Notes: generated by a model from the sequence alone, not told the origin. 64,000 nucleotides of DNA from Azolla caroliniana (GCA_043228905.1 JBHGNT010000012.1:13702001-13766000); one strand, 5' to 3'. Positions 35,501-50,082 are shown, counted from the first letter of the stretch. Translations and numbers: made by a program.

Positions 35501-38500
35501 CGTTCTCCTCCATGTGGATCTTCGCCAGCACGAACTCTCGGTCTTCTACTCGCTCCCGAATGCAGTGTTACCTCCGCTGGATGTGCTTCGTCCTAGAATG
35601 ATACGTTGCGTTCTTCGCAAGGTGGATGACACTTTGACTGTCGCAATAGAGCCGATATTCCTCTTGCCGGATCCCTAGCTCTTCGATGAAGTCCTTCATC
35701 CATAGTATTTCCTTGCCGGCTTCCACAACCGCCATGTACTCCGCTTCCGTGGTTGACAACGCAACCGTCTTCTGCAGCCTCGATTGCCACGAAACTGCTC
35801 CCCCTGCATATGTCATGACATATCCGGATGTTGACCGGCTGGTATCCGCATCAGCCGACATATCCAAATCGGTGAAACCGTCAAGTTGGGTTTTACCAGA
35901 GCCGAATCAGAGACACATACTTGAGGTGCCTTTCAAGTATCAGAGTATCCATTTTACCGCATTCCAGTGCCCCTTGCCGGGATTGCTCATAAACCGGCTC
36001 ACTACTCCGACTGCATATCCTATATCCGGTCGGGTAAACACCATTGCGTACATTAGGCTCCCGACGGCAGAGGCATATGGTATCTTCATCATATCTTCCT
36101 TCTTTGCCTTCGTCTTCGGGCTTTGCTTACCGAATAACCTGCAATTTGCCGAAAGTGTCGATCCAACCAGTTTCGCATCTTACATGTTGAACTGCTGAAG
36201 CACCTTTGTCACGTACTTCTCCTGTGACAGCCACAATTGCTTCGTTGGCTGGTCCCAGATGATATGCATACCCAACATCTATCTTGCCGGACCCAAGTCT
36301 TTCATTGAGAAGGTCTGGTTCAAGGCCTTCTTCAGCATCCGTATCTTGACTTTGTCTCGTCCAACGATCAACATGTCGTCCACGTACAAGAGGAGTATCA
36401 GGAAGTCTCCACCTTTGAACTTCTTCACAAATACGCAGTGATCGGCTTGCGTCTTGTGGTACCCTTGATCGGTCATGAAGGAGTTGAACTTCCGGTACCA
36501 TTGTCGGGGAGCCTGCTTCAACTCGTAGAGGCTCTTTTTTAACCGGAAAACCAGGTGCTCCTTCCCTTTCTTCACAAATCCCTCTGGTTGCTGCATGTAG
36601 ATCTCCTCTTCGAGGTCACCATGGAGGAACGTCGTCTTCACGTCTAACTGCTCTACCTCAAGGTCCATGCTTGCTGCTATGCTCAGCACCGTCTGGATGG
36701 AAGTCATCTTTACTACTGGGGCAAATATCTCGTCGAAGTCCACGCCCTTCTTCTGCTGGAACCCCTTCACCACGATCCTGGCTTTGTACCTTGGAGGGTT
36801 GTCGGCATCTCCCGGTTTCAATTTGTACACCCACTTGTTTCGGAGTGCCCTCTTTCCTTTCGGCAACTCCACCAATTCATACGTGTGGTTCTCATGCAGG
36901 GCATCCATCTCGTCTTGCATGGCACTCAAGCACTTGCGGCTATGGGTGTCATCCTTCGCTTCTTCGAAGCTTTCCAGCTCCCCCTCATTGGTCAGTAGCA
37001 CATGCTCTGCATCCAGAAATCTCCGGGGGGCCCTTCTCTCTCTGAGAGGATATCTCCGTCTTTGGCTTTCGGCAACCGGCTCCTCTATTTGTTCTTCATC
37101 TGAATCCGATTCGGTGACTTGGCCGGTTCCGGTTTCACCTTCCTCTACTTCTTCTTTTGCCGGTTCGGTATCCTCACCGTAACCGGCTGGTTCTTGGAGT
37201 GTCAACCGGCTCTTAGCCGGGTGAGTCCGAATCTCATTGGAATTCATTATCTTCTTCTCCGACTCCCAGTCGGCAAGAGTCTTGTCCTCCATGAAGATAA
37301 TATCTCGGCTCCGGAAAACCTTCTTGTCAACCGGATCCCACACTCGATATCCGAACTCATCATCACCGTATCCGAGGAATATGCATGGCCGGGTCTTTGG
37401 ATCCAACTTTCCTCTCTGGTCCTTAGCAACATGCACGTACACGAGACACCCGAACACCTTCAAGTGCTGGTAGGACACTTCCTTACCGGTCCACACCTTT
37501 TGCGGCGTGTCTCCATCCAAGGGCACAAAGGGTGATCTGTTTATCACATACGTCGTTGTCAACAGGGCCTCAGCCCAAAACATCTTGGATAGTTTAGCAT
37601 GTGCTAGCATACTCCGGACCCTGTCCATTATGGTCTGATTCATCCTCTCGACTAGCCCGTTTAGCTCCGGCGTCTTCGGCACGATAAATTCGAGCCGGAT
37701 TCCCTTCAAGTGGCAGTACTCCTCGAACTGCCCCCGGTATTCCCCTCCGTTATCTGCTCGAACCACCTTTAGCTTCTGTTTGGTTTCTCTTTCCACTCTT
37801 GCGTGGAGCTCCTTGAAGACGGATAACACCTGATCCTTCGTCTTCAACGGTGTGGCCCACAGCCTCCTGTTGTGGTCATCTATGAACATCACGAAGTACT
37901 ACGCTCCAGCATGGGACTTCATGTCCACTTGACACACGTCGATAGGCACCAACTCCAATGGTGCATTACGTCTCATCGGTGGCCTTGATTGGAAGGAGGT
38001 CTAGTTTTGCTTACCGGCTAGGCAGTCGGTGCACCTCTCAAGATGCACGTTCTTCACCGGAATGAGGTTGTCATCGGCAAGCCTCTTCATCCCCTTCATG
38101 CTCATGTGACACAGTCTCTTGTGCCACAGGTCACCAGTAGTGTCGGAAGCCACGTTCACTTCTTCCGGCATAACCGAGCATTCATCAGGTACAACGTGTT
38201 GACCTTCTGGGCCCAAGCCACTATCAAGCTCCCTTTGCTGAAATTCATGACTCCGTTTTGGATGCTACCTGTGTAACCTTCATCATCTAGCCGACCGGCT
38301 GATATCAGGTTCAGTCGAACCTCTGGAACGTGTCAGACATCCTTCAGCAGTAGCTTGCATCCGGTTGGTGTTGTCAACCACACGTCTCCTATGCCGACAA
38401 TTCGGCATGTACCTTCATTCCCCATCCGGACACAATTGTGATCACCGGTTGTGTAGGATGAGAAGCATTTCCGGTCCGGGGTAAGGTGGAACGACGCTTC

Positions 38501-41500
38501 GGAATCGACAACCCACGTTGTCTCGTTGCCGGCAAGGTTCAACTCACTCTCCTCAGTGATGAGCATCAACTCTTCTTCACTTGCTGTGATTGTCGTCGTT
38601 CCCTTCCGGTCCGGTCCCCTCCTTCTTTACCGTTCCAGTCCGGTGTCCGCTTCGAATCTGTACCATCGGTTTCCTTGTCTTTTCGGAAGTGCCGACAGTT
38701 CTTCTAGAAGTGTCTCGGCTTGCCGCAATAAAAGCAAGTAGGCTTCCCCCTTGACTTTGACCGTGTCCCCGACTTTTCTCGGTTTTGGGGACTACGGTTC
38801 CTTTGTCTTCCGCGTTCTGATTCGGTAAGTAGTGCTTTGGAGTTGGAGCTTGTATCCTTGTCTTTCTGACGCGTCTCCGCATCTAGCAAGCTCGACTTCA
38901 CTCTTGCTAGGGATAACTGTTTCCCTTTCGGCCTGGCGTTGCCCAAAGTGACAACCAACGTCTCCCAGCTATCTGGGAGGGAACCGAGTAGGAGTAGTGC
39001 GAATACCTCATTGGCGAGAGGTACTTCCAATGATGTTGCCTGGTGGATCAGCCCCTGGAAGGCATTCATGTGCTCCGCCATGCTGGAGCCATCTTGGTAC
39101 CGGAGTCTTACTAGCTTCCGAAATACCGAAACCTGATTAACAACATTTTTGTTCTGAAACATAATGCTGATCTTCTCCCAGAGCTCATGAGCCTTGCTCT
39201 CTTCATTGAAGTTGTTGTATAAACTCATGTCGATGAAGCACCGTATGTACGCCGTTGTCCTCATGTGCATCACCTCCCATATCGTGGCATCGATTTTGTC
39301 TGGTCTCTTGTCCCCGAACTGAACTGGCAACCAAAGATCTTTAACCACGAGCATGTCCCTCATCTTCAACTTCCACACTGAGTAGTTGGAGCCGGTGAGC
39401 TTGAACATGCCTCCCAATGAATCATCCATTTTTCTGTGTCATTTCGCTCTGATACCAGTTTGACGAGAAATATGCGGAATAATCTTCGGCCACAACCGAA
39501 GCGTAGATCACTTGATGACAATCAAACATAGAAGAAATGGGAATGGAGGTAAGTACACAAATAGAAAGAGAATACACATGATGTTAACGTGGAAAACCCT
39601 GAGAGGGAAAAACCACGAGAGTCCGCAGACTCCAAACTATTACTATGTCAAGGAGTACAACAGGGAGCACAGAGACAACTACCTCTTGCTCACAATCTTC
39701 GCCTGGCGGCGGTTACAACAGAGACATGCTCTGTCTTTCTCTCTCTCTCTCAGTACAGTCATTACACCAATTACATTATATAAAGATAATAACAACAACT
39801 ATTTGCTCAAACACACTGTTTGCCCTAGGTCACATTTATACTAATATGACATTAGGACTATTTACAGATATAGCCCCAATGGGCTCTCAAAAACATATCT
39901 ACATATATGTCCCTTCATCCGGTGAGAGGTTCTCACCGGGCCTGCAACATCTGACTCCCGCCAAGATTAACGTTTTGTGCCGGTCCGCATACATCCACAT
40001 GGATTAAGTCGAGCATGTTACGGACCTGGTTTCGTTTGCTAGGTAATGGAAGCTAGTGTTGCTTCCCGAGCTGGCAGGCTTCACAAATTTCGGCCTTTCG
40101 GCCACTGAATTTCGGCAAACCGAACACAATTTGTTTCGATTGCAGGTCTTGAAGCCTCCAGTAACTAACGTGGCCGATCCGCTTGTGCCAGAGATTGATG
40201 TCTGAGTCAATCTTCTGTCCTTTGTCAAACATGGCGGTGCCGACGTCATTAGTGTTGAGGATGAACATCCTCCCTTCTCTGCACCCTTGCCCAATTAGTC
40301 GGCCTTCTTCTTCGATGAAGCACCCGAGATGCGTAAACCGCACCTGCATCCCCTGGTCAACGATTTGTCCAACTGACACCAGGTTCTTTGTGATAGTCAG
40401 AACGTGTAGTACGTTCATCAGTTTCCCCTTTTGTTCGACATGGGTTAAAGGGACTTCTCCAACATGCACAATCGGGTGAGGAGTGTCATCTCCAGTTTCG
40501 ACAATCCCCGGTTGTTCCGGTTTCTCCGAAAAGGAGAACCACTCTTCATGGCTCGTTATGTGGTTGGACACTCCAAAATCAACATACCATACTTCCTCCG
40601 ATTTGGAAGTAGTCTTCTTCATCAAGTTAGCCTTGTGCTTCATCACGAAGGTCGGCCCTTTACCAGTCTTCCCAGTTCCGAATCGTTCCGATCCTTCTGC
40701 GTAGTGCGAGCTTCGCCAGTTTCCCTGTCCGGTCTTGCCGGATCCGGATTTATCCGGATCGGCATGCTTCTTCCAACACTCGCTTTCTGTGTGGCCTTTC
40801 TTGCCACAGTACCAACATTCCGTGTCGGCCTTTCCTTGCCGGTTTCCGGCATTGGCTTGACTCCCCCTACATGTGGAGGGTCCGGAATTGCTGTCGGCAT
40901 TACCTCTGTGCCTTCGGTCTTGCTCTTGCCAGCCGCCTCCATTGCATGCCAACCCACTGAGTCCACCACGCCCATGGGGCTGATCTGCCTCCGTGTACAA
41001 CATCTGGTTGTCCGATTGAGTGGTCATGGACCAAATCACATGATTTTCTTCGACCACCAACATCGATTGCAAGTCGAAGAAGGACAATGGCTTCTCCCGA
41101 GTGAGGATAGCTGTTCGGATAGGCCCGTACCTTTGCGCTAGACCTCCAAGGTAGATTTGTACTATCTTGTCTTCGCCCATCGTCACATTGATGGACCCGA
41201 GCGCATCACAAATCTTGTTTATCTTGGCGGTGTAGTCTATAACCGACATGTCTCTTTGCCGGATGTTGTTCAGCTCTTGCCAGAGCTGCAACTTTTGGGT
41301 TGTGGTACTCGTGGCGAAAATCTTCCATAGATTTTCCCAGGCCTCCTTCGACGTCTTTGCATCCTTGATTTAGCTGAGCATCTGATCGTGCACACAGGAG
41401 GCGAGGCAGTACAATAATCGGCTCGCTCGTTGCTCCCATGCCGGGAAGTCCTTGTGTGCCGTCTCCGGCGCTACCTCGTTGGTTCCTTCCACGTAGCTCC

Positions 41501-42170
41501 AATATCCATGCCCCATCAGCTACTAATGCATTTTCTATGACCAAGATGCATAGTTGCTACGGTCGAGCTTCTCTGTGGGAAGTGAACTCGCCATCCCTTT
41601 GTCCATATCTTTCTCTGTTTGTCCTTACCGGGTATTAGGGTTTGTCTTCGAAAGCGTCTGTTGGCTACAAAGGTTCTCAACCCTCACGCTCTGATACCAT
41701 GTGAATGTGAACATGCAGAAATGTATTACAAACCGGCTCTACCGACTAGCAACAGTTAGAGAGGAAGTTTCAATGGAAGCTTAACACAGAGAATATGCGC
41801 AAGAGAGACAGAGAGAGAGAGAGAGAGCAGAACATAAACTCTATTAAAAAATAACACTTTGTAACACTCTATATATACAATATGCTTGACAACACTATTT
41901 ATACAAGTCCTTGGAGGACTGACAGAAGTACCATGTACTTCGATGCTCATACGAGTGATTGACACTAACTACGAGGACTCTGACTACCTAGTAGTCTAGA
42001 CGCGTATAGGCTACTACTGGCCATCCGGTTCTCATTTGAACCCGGCTCCCCGATCCGGCTCTCTGATCCAGCTCCTAGTTCTGGATATCATCTGGTTCTT
42101 CGTCCCAGATACCAATCCTGCTTTGGCTTATTCGGATGATCCGGATCTGGTTGAGCTTGCTCGCTCAACA
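32501..42170 (-). mobile_element. Ty1/copia G nested in the leader of F
   Basis: LTRs 32501-32948 and 41700-42170, TSD GAGCC (32496-32500, 42171-42175), PBS 41688-41699 and PPT 32949-32957. Gag/PR 41606-40050, RT/RH 34750-33540; the IN-to-RT segment is deleted. Confidence 0.93.
34757..39951 (-). mobile_element. Ty1/copia D nested in G (relative of C)
   Basis: 3' LTR 34757-35398, truncated 5' LTR 39461-39951, PBS 39446-39457 and PPT 35401-35409. Gag 39429-38566; pol with several stops and frameshifts, highly similar to the pol of C. Confidence 0.93.
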
Positions 42171-43390
42171 GAGCCGAAATCACATGGGTGGGCATAGAGA
42201 CATAGTTTATTTTAGCATTTTGTCATGTATAAACTATTCATGACACGAACATACATGATTGAGCCTCGGGGAACCGCCATGAAAAAATCGATATAGAGAT
42301 CAGGGAAAAACATTTATTTGTCACACCCATGGTTTTTAAAACACCTTTGTGTTACCATAATAACCTAATCTTGAATCTCATCTCACACTTCTAGAGGGGT
42401 ATTGACGTGAGATCATGATATCGATTAATGTTTGCCCATTATATGTTTACATCATGTCATGATGTTATGACTATTTGTCTAAGCTTATCCTATTTCTTTG
42501 CCTGAAATTATCATTCAGTGGCTCATAATAACGACCCGATGGCATCCGCCCAAGTAGAAGGAATTCAAGCAAATCCTCCTGGGCCAATCCCCCATTGAGT
42601 CGTATTTTTTACAAATACAAAATTTCCTTATCTCATAGTGTTGTCGAGGCATGTGTCATTAGTATACAACTTGATACTAATAGACCCGATGAGTGTCAAG
42701 GTGAACTATTGTCTGTCATAAAGCCATTTACGGGAGAAAAAAAGGAATGAACTGAAGAAATAATCTGTATGTGGCAGGGCCAATGAGAGTCTCATTTTGA
42801 GCTCTATCCCAAGCTAGATAGTATGAATATTGCATATGTTAGTCGAGAACTATTTTGTTGAAATAGTTCTTTGTTATCGACGCACTTTGAAGGACCATAA
42901 CAAACCCGGAGCGCCTAGGACTAAGCAGTCGCAATTTGCTGGGAAACGCAAGACACCCAACGAATTCATGGATCACAATTATAAGCGACAAAATCCTTTT
43001 TGCGTGTTCTGCAAAATGAAGGGTCATACAAAAGAGTAATGTCGAAAGCTCCAATGAAAAGAGCATGACAACAAAACCGAAGTTGCAGACCATAAAGGTC
43101 AAATTCCTGATGTCTTTGAGGTCTATACACATCATTTAAGTAATTGTAAATGTTCTTTCCCTCACTATGTATTGGGACCGAATGATTTACTACGTGCCAA
43201 CGGGTATATCAATGGATCTCCCATACAATTTTTATTTGATTCTGGAAGCTCACACAACTTTGTGAATGATTGTTTGGTTCAAATATGGGGAATCCAACCC
43301 ACCGTAAGTGATCACACCTATAAGGTGCACTTGGTTGATGGAAGAGTACAATACATCAATGGGGTGATTCATTTAGTAGGAATTTCTATT

Positions 43391-45212
43391 AAAATTAGAA
43401 TTAGAATTTTTATTGTGCATAAAGAGGTCAATTTTGACCTATGGGACCATATTATACATGTGTTCTTGATATGTGTCTCCTTTCTAAGAAGGGGTATTCA
43501 TACATTGAAGCACAAAGTCTTTATGTGTGAATAAAGCATACACATATGAGATCAACCTTCTTGGTGGTGTCTTAAGTATGGCACTTAAGTTATCACTCCC
43601 TCTTAGTATGTAGCATATCTTGAACGAATTGCACTATATGTCGAGCATGTGAAGAGGAAGTGACATTCATCCTCCACCATGCCTTCATTGCCTACTTTGC
43701 ATGTCTTCAAATTAGTTACATTTTGATACCATGATGCAATTTCAACACCTAACTTGTGAGATCGAGTGTGAAGTAGTGTAAGGGCTCTACGAGCATTACT
43801 ACTCATATTGGTAATGAGATAAGGTTGGATACGATCAATAGCCATTCTCGCTTTATATTGAGACCAACATTCAGGGTTGACATTTGCAATGTAGTATTCT
43901 AGCTTTGTCCTCTTAGCATCTTCCCACTTCATCCTTAATGATTCCACAAACCTTTCCTCAATCATTACATACTGCATAGCATACCACATCATCCAAACCC
44001 CATCTTCCAAACCATTTCCTTATGTCAACAACCCAACCAAATGAGAGAATCTTACTTTTATGATTCTTTTGTAGCTTACATCCAACATTCCAAGCAAGAT
44101 GTGGTAATCAATGATTCAACATATTCTTGATTTTTATAATGTATTTATATACTTTTTGGAGTGCCAATAGTTCTATGGGTTGAACACATGTTTCCAAGAG
44201 CATAACCTGGTAAGAGGTAGTGCATTTAACTCCGAATTGCCTCCTTAAAAACATCTTTTGAATTTTCTCAATCTCATTCCATGCATTAAGAGAGATGGTG
44301 CCACCCCATACTTCTACTCCATAAAGCAATACTTGAGTTACCATGGCATTGAACAACATTAATTTTACTTCACATCCACAAGTATCACTTTGGTTGCATT
44401 GGTTCTCCAAAAGGTAATACGATTTCCAATCGGCTTGGAGCCTAGAATCAAAGCATGCACTCCATTTATTTGTGGCAGGTATATCAATACCAATATATTT
44501 AAAGCTTCGAACAAATTGTATATGTTCACCTCTATATGTGAGCATAGGGTAGTGATGAGGTTGGATGGTTTGCACTACCATCATTTTTGTTTTCTCCTCA
44601 TTCACTGCTAGTCCACTAATATGGCAAAATTCTTCTAATGCCCCAAGTAAATTTTGCATACTATCAACATCATATGAGAAGCGTACCATATCATCAGCAT
44701 ATAGAAGCAATAAGATAACATGTTGCATCAATTTGGGAGCATTCAATCCTTCTTCTCTTGCAACCTTATTTACCACTTCTTCTAACTTATCAATACATAA
44801 GCCAAAGAGTGTGGGTAATAGTGGACAAACATCCTTGCTTGACCCCCATGTTACTTAAAAGTGCTTTGAGAATCCACTATCCATTTTTAGTTGGCATTTA
44901 ACTCGTTCATATAGGCGTGCAACAACAACTCGGTGCTCTAATGGCATGTCAATCTCTACCATTCTATTCCAGAGCTCACTTTGTGGTACGGTATGAAAAG
45001 CTTTCTTAAAATAAACAAAACAACAATAAAGTGTTTTTCCTTGTAGTCGACTCTCTACCATGATTACTCTCAAGGTGACCAAATAATCCACAATGGAGTG
45101 TTTTGGTCTAAATCTTGCTTGCCCAAGTGCTCTTTTGCTTGTACTTTCAGCCCATGTGCTTATCTTTTGCTCCATAATAGTGCTATATAATTTAGCAACA
45201 GTTGAGCTCACC
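43391..45212 (-). mobile_element. 5'-truncated LINE (RT plus C-terminal zinc-knuckle, RTEX/L2-like) inserted in F
   Basis: LLLYADD, FKKAF.TV and HKL.VE..C..EDECHFLFTC motifs; 3' tail of TTCTAA repeats. Flanks rejoin F with ATT repeated. Confidence 0.88.
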
Positions 45213-48200
45213 ATTGATACTTATATAGAGGAAGTAGACTTCCATGTAATGAATCTTTGTACCACTAATGTAATACTGGGTTATCCCTAGTTTTATAATA
45301 AAAACTCTTCTTTATCTATTGATTGGGTTCACCATTCAATTACTTTTGTACTGAACGATTGTACTCATTTTATTCAATGTGTAAGAAAACAATCTCTTTC
45401 GATTATTTCCTCTCCATCAATATCCTAGTTGTTTTGTTCTTCTTTATTTTATTGTGTACTTGATCCGAACATTCACGTTTATAATATCGATAGTGTCTCG
45501 GGTCATTTACATATTTTAAACAACAACAATTCGATGAAATCTTAAATTATTTTCGCAATGTTTTCCTGAGTGAACTACCACATGGGTTACCTCCTAAACG
45601 TAATATAGACCATTGTAAATGTTCCTAAACTAGCATTTCACATGAGCTCCACGGATCATCCTCAATCCGATGGACAGACAAAATGAGTAAATCAAATTAT
45701 TAAGGACATGCTCTGGGCATATGTTGGTGCAAAGCCAATAAAGTGGGAACGTTATCTCCCAAATTTGAAGTTTTCTTATAACAACTCCAAGCATACATCG
45801 ACGGGATATAATCCTTTTATGTTGATGTATGGTTTTCAACCATGAGCCCCGATTGAGGTTAATATACATCATGATGAGTTGCGAAATACGCAAAAATTTC
45901 TTCGGGATATGCAAGATATGTTGCATATTGCACGAGATAATATAAAAACTTCTCAAGATAGAGCGCGTTTTTATGCCGATCATAATAGGCAACCTCGTGT
46001 ATTCAACCCTGAACAGAAGGTATTTTTACGTTTACCTCATAATTCTAAAACGTTGTCTACGGGTAAGTGCACTAAGTTAGCCCCATAGTTTTGTGGACCT
46101 TTTATAGTCCTCAAACGAATTGGTTCATCAGCTTATCGTCACGTTCTTCCTGATGGCATTGAAATCCATCCAATTTTTCATGTAAGTTGTCTAAAAGAAC
46201 TTCTTGGTTCTAACGACAATATAGTCACAACTGAAACTCTGGTTACTTCTGAAGAATTATCTTTGAAATCACATGTACTAGAAAGAATTCTCGATGGTAA
46301 AAAAAAACTAAAAACTAAAAACTCTGGATAAGTCTATCAAAGATGCAACATGGGAACACAAAAATACTCTTAAAACTAACTTCCCTAACTTTAGTAGTAT
46401 TCTATACACGTGGATAAAGTGTGAGGGTTAAACAAGAGTGTAAAGAAGGGAAGCCTGATTACTTTTAATCCTTGGGATTGAGACAACCCATTAAGGCCAA
46501 GTGTGAACTTGCTTGGGGGCCTTAGGTCTGGCTATAAATATGAGGCCTAGCTACCCTCATTTGACATATGTTGACTACGTCGAGACTCTGTCCTTGTGGT
46601 GGATCAACTCTTGGAGCGAGCACACTAGTACTAGGTACGACTTGATGTCACTACGGTGGTATGGGATGCCGATCGAGGTTCGAGTCCATCTCGATCCCTT
46701 CGCTCGGGGATGTTCAGGTGGATCGGCACCCTTTTTTCTCTCTCCTCTCTTATTTTTCTATCTATTATATCCTTATCTCATGCTTACATTAGGATATAGC
46801 TCTAACACCCAACATATATTGGGCATGAGGATCAAGCAAAATCAGATGATGATGACTCTTCGGCTCTCCCAGTCCGATTATATCTGAAAGGTGCTTAGAA
46901 GGTTTAGCACGGGGAACGTTAAACCGACACTGACTCTGCCCTGACGTTGACACGACTAACAAATAGGGACTCTCCTTCCACCAAAAAGGAGAGAGAGGTC
47001 AATGGAAAGATACCCTACGCATCGTTCGTAGGAAGTATCATGTACACAATGATGGCGACCCGAGTTGATCTTGCATATGCCATAGGGGTTGTCAGCCAAT
47101 ATATGTCTTCGAATCTAGGACAAAAGCATTAGGAGGTTGTCAAGAACATCTTCAATTATCTACGAGGAACCAAAGATGTACAACAGACTTTTGAATTGGC
47201 CAATCCGACTGAAGTCGAAGGCTATACAAACTTCGACTACGACGGCAATCCAGACAATTGGAAGTCGACATCATGCTATATATTTACCTAGGGTGGTGGT
47301 GCCATATCATGGAGGTCAAAATTGCAAGAGTGCACGACCTTGTTGACCATGAAGGAAGCAATCTGGGTGCATCGACTTTTGGTTGACTTTTTGTCAAAGA
47401 GCAAAATTGACTGTCCAACGCCGACCATCTATTGCGACTCACAGAACGCAATACACCTCATTCAGAATCCTGCCTACCATGCGAAAACGAAACACATTGA
47501 GATGCAATACCATCACATATGAGAGCTCGTAATAGAGAAGAAGCTCGAAGTCCGGAAGATAGATACCGAGGTGAACATTGTCGATTGCTTGACGAAGCCA
47601 CTCCTAGAACAATGCTTCAGAGCACTGAGGACAACAATGGGAATATGACAAGCGACCATGCAGAAGAGAGCCAAACAAACAATCGCAACTGGAATGTTGA
47701 AGATCGGTCCGACTAGATGAGTTGAAAAGGCAAAGTTGAAGCAGAAGGATAGCCAAAAGGTTGAAGATGCAACAATAAGTGAGGATGTTGACGAGAGAGG
47801 AGACGATCGATAGTGCGACTAGGAAGCATACGATTGACCAAACGCTGAGAGTCAGAATCGGACATGAGTCGATCTGATCGAACAAGCCGATTCAAATGCA
47901 AGCCGATCTGACCGACTTAGACAAGCTGACCAAAATGACATACGATCCAAATGACTAGCCAAATTAGGCTAGATTTCGACGTTACCTTTGTAGATTCAAC
48001 CGACTGCCTTGTATGTATACAATTGTAATCTAGGTTCATGGGGGAGATAACCCCAATTATTTGTATACATAGGAAGAGTAGCCCTTTTATGGGTGAGTTT
48101 GTTGGCATAAAAGGCCGACTCCTTCCAAATTGTATCCTTAAGTGTGAACACGTCCCCAAGTTAGGGCTTGAGTATATAAGCCGAACAGTAACATTGTACA

Positions 48201-48705
48201 AAGAGAGAGTTTTACAGACGAGAAATATAGTTTCCATTAGAGCTTCAACTATGCATCTTGCTTCTTGCACACTGTTCATATTCTGCTTCTCTGTCTTATA
48301 TATGTTGTTTGCTTAACACTCACCTTGCAAGTCCTCATCTTCCGTTGCACCAACATATCGTCATATTCAATAGGTGGGAGATGTAGTTGATACTCAATCT
48401 CAGGGGTTTTTGGACTTTTGTTGAGATGTGGCAAGTATTACATGTTGCCCTCAAATGTGGGTTTACTTTTACAAACTAAACAATAACGATTGATTGGTCA
48501 ACGTTTCACGGGCCGATCTTAGTTTTTACAAATGACCACTAGTCTCTAGTACTATTACTCCATTCAATCTCTTCGATGGTTCTCATCTATTATTGAACAA
48601 GATGGAAGGTACATAACTTTGATCATGGACGATGGCAGATCTTGAAACACAGTTCACATTCTAAATTGCCACTTCCAGAAAGCATCTTCATTTGGAGAGT
48701 GGCAA

Positions 48706-49055
48706 TCTCCCCCTTCACTCTGGCAAGGGATGTCTCACCAGTCCGATCTGCTTTCGGCATGCGTCCAACTTGTCGGTTGTCAACACCTTGGTTAGCATAT
48801 ACGACCCGTTCTCCTCCGTGTGGATCTTTGTCAGCACGAACTCTTGGTTTTCTACTCTTTCCCAGATCCAGTGGTACCTTCGCTGGATATGTTTCGTCCG
48901 GGAATGGTAGGCTGCATTCTTCGCAAGGTGAATGGCACTTTGACTGTCGTAGTAGAGCCGGTATTCCTCCTGTTGGATTCCTAGCTCTCCGATGAAGTCC
49001 ATCCAGATTATCTCCTTGCTGGCTTCTACAGCTGCCATGTACTCCGCCTCCGTGT
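48706..49055 (-). mobile_element. RNaseH and PPT fragment of the C/D copia family
   Basis: TEAEYMAAVEA...HSRTKHIQRRYHWI...LVRHPLPE* followed by GAAGGGGGAG. Confidence 0.88.
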
Positions 49056-49404
49056 TGTTGCAGCAAAGAAGACGACGACTAACAACCAATAGTGGCTTCT
49101 TTTGCATTGTTCAAGTGGTGGATATAGTACACATTCGTTTCATACAATGCCGGATTGCCTAGTGGCGATTCATCATGTCCCACTACTAAGCCATGTAGTG
49201 GGGAGACCACTTATCCAGTTTGTGGTACAATTGTAGAGTATTTCATACACATCTCTTAATGCAATTGTGCGTTTTCATCAGGTAAAGACAGAGAGATAGA
49301 CAGGAGAGAGGATGCATGGTGTCTGGTGGGCGAGAGTTCAGATGGCCGTGAAAGAAATGCCCTGTCTGTAGTGTCTCTCTTAATTTGTATGTAGTGACCA
49401 AACA

Positions 49405-49565
49405 ACACACACACACACACAAACACACAATGCTAAATTTGAGGTGGTAATTCCCCCCCCCCCCCCCCCCCCCACCCCCAATAGAGAGCGAGAGAATAGA
49501 GAGAGATAGTACAGAGAGAGACAGAGTAGAGAGAGAGAATAGAGAGAGAGAGAGAGAGAGAGAGG
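49405..49565. repeat. (CA)n, poly-C and (AG)n microsatellite cluster in the promoter/5'UTR of the KH gene
   Basis: Visible runs: CA at ~49405-49428, C at ~49453-49479 and AG at ~49483-49565. Confidence 0.85.
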
Positions 49566-50082
49566 GTGGAAACAGAGCAAGCAGAAGGTCAGGTTTTAGA
49601 GACTTGACAAAACTCAGAGAATCTCACAAGGGAAAGATTCTTCTTCTTCCCTGAGTCCCCCGAAAGAGGAATTCGGGTTTGTCGACCCATAACCTGCAGC
49701 TGGATTCAGGCACTTCCATTCTCTCATCTTTTGTGCTCGTTTTTTCTTTTCTTTTCTTGTTTCTATGTATTATCTTTTCTTCTTACATGCCTTCCTGTAT
49801 GCGTGCGGGAACCCTTAATCTTACTGCTTCTCTCCCATTAGAAACTCATTTTTCTTGTGAAATTATGTCATTGCTGAAAAATTCAGAGGAATTGATATTT
49901 TCTTGTTTTCTTCTGAATAGGAGTGCAGTTTTTGAACGCTTTAGTTTATATGCTTTATTTTCTATTCGGAATTAGTTATTTCTTTGCGTTGCTGTTTTCG
50001 GTGATGTAAGCATTCTGTTTTGTATTGTCTGTCTTTTTGAAGCTCTATGCACTTCTTTGTTTTTGGACAGATTTAGTGTAAA

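Larger units (their letters stand above)
30975..46807 (+). mobile_element. decayed chromovirus F (family of B) with internal deletions
   Basis: Partial 5' LTR ~30975-31139, PBS at 31142, leader, deleted gag/PR 42520-43390, RT/RH deleted near 45620, IN C-terminus and chromodomain remnant, and 3' LTR ~46394-46807 ending CA. Confidence 0.9.
10293..48372 (+). mobile_element. old Ty1/copia element A, host of the 38-kb nest
   Basis: Truncated 5' LTR 10293-10521 is homologous to 3' LTR 48100-48372; PBS TGGTATTAGAG at 10524. Decayed gag (KFDGKNFALWK ~10672), protease WLLDSG (~11396), integrase 11950-13100, RT 26150-26613 and 46808-47200, RNaseH to ~47640. No TSD recovered. Confidence 0.85.
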
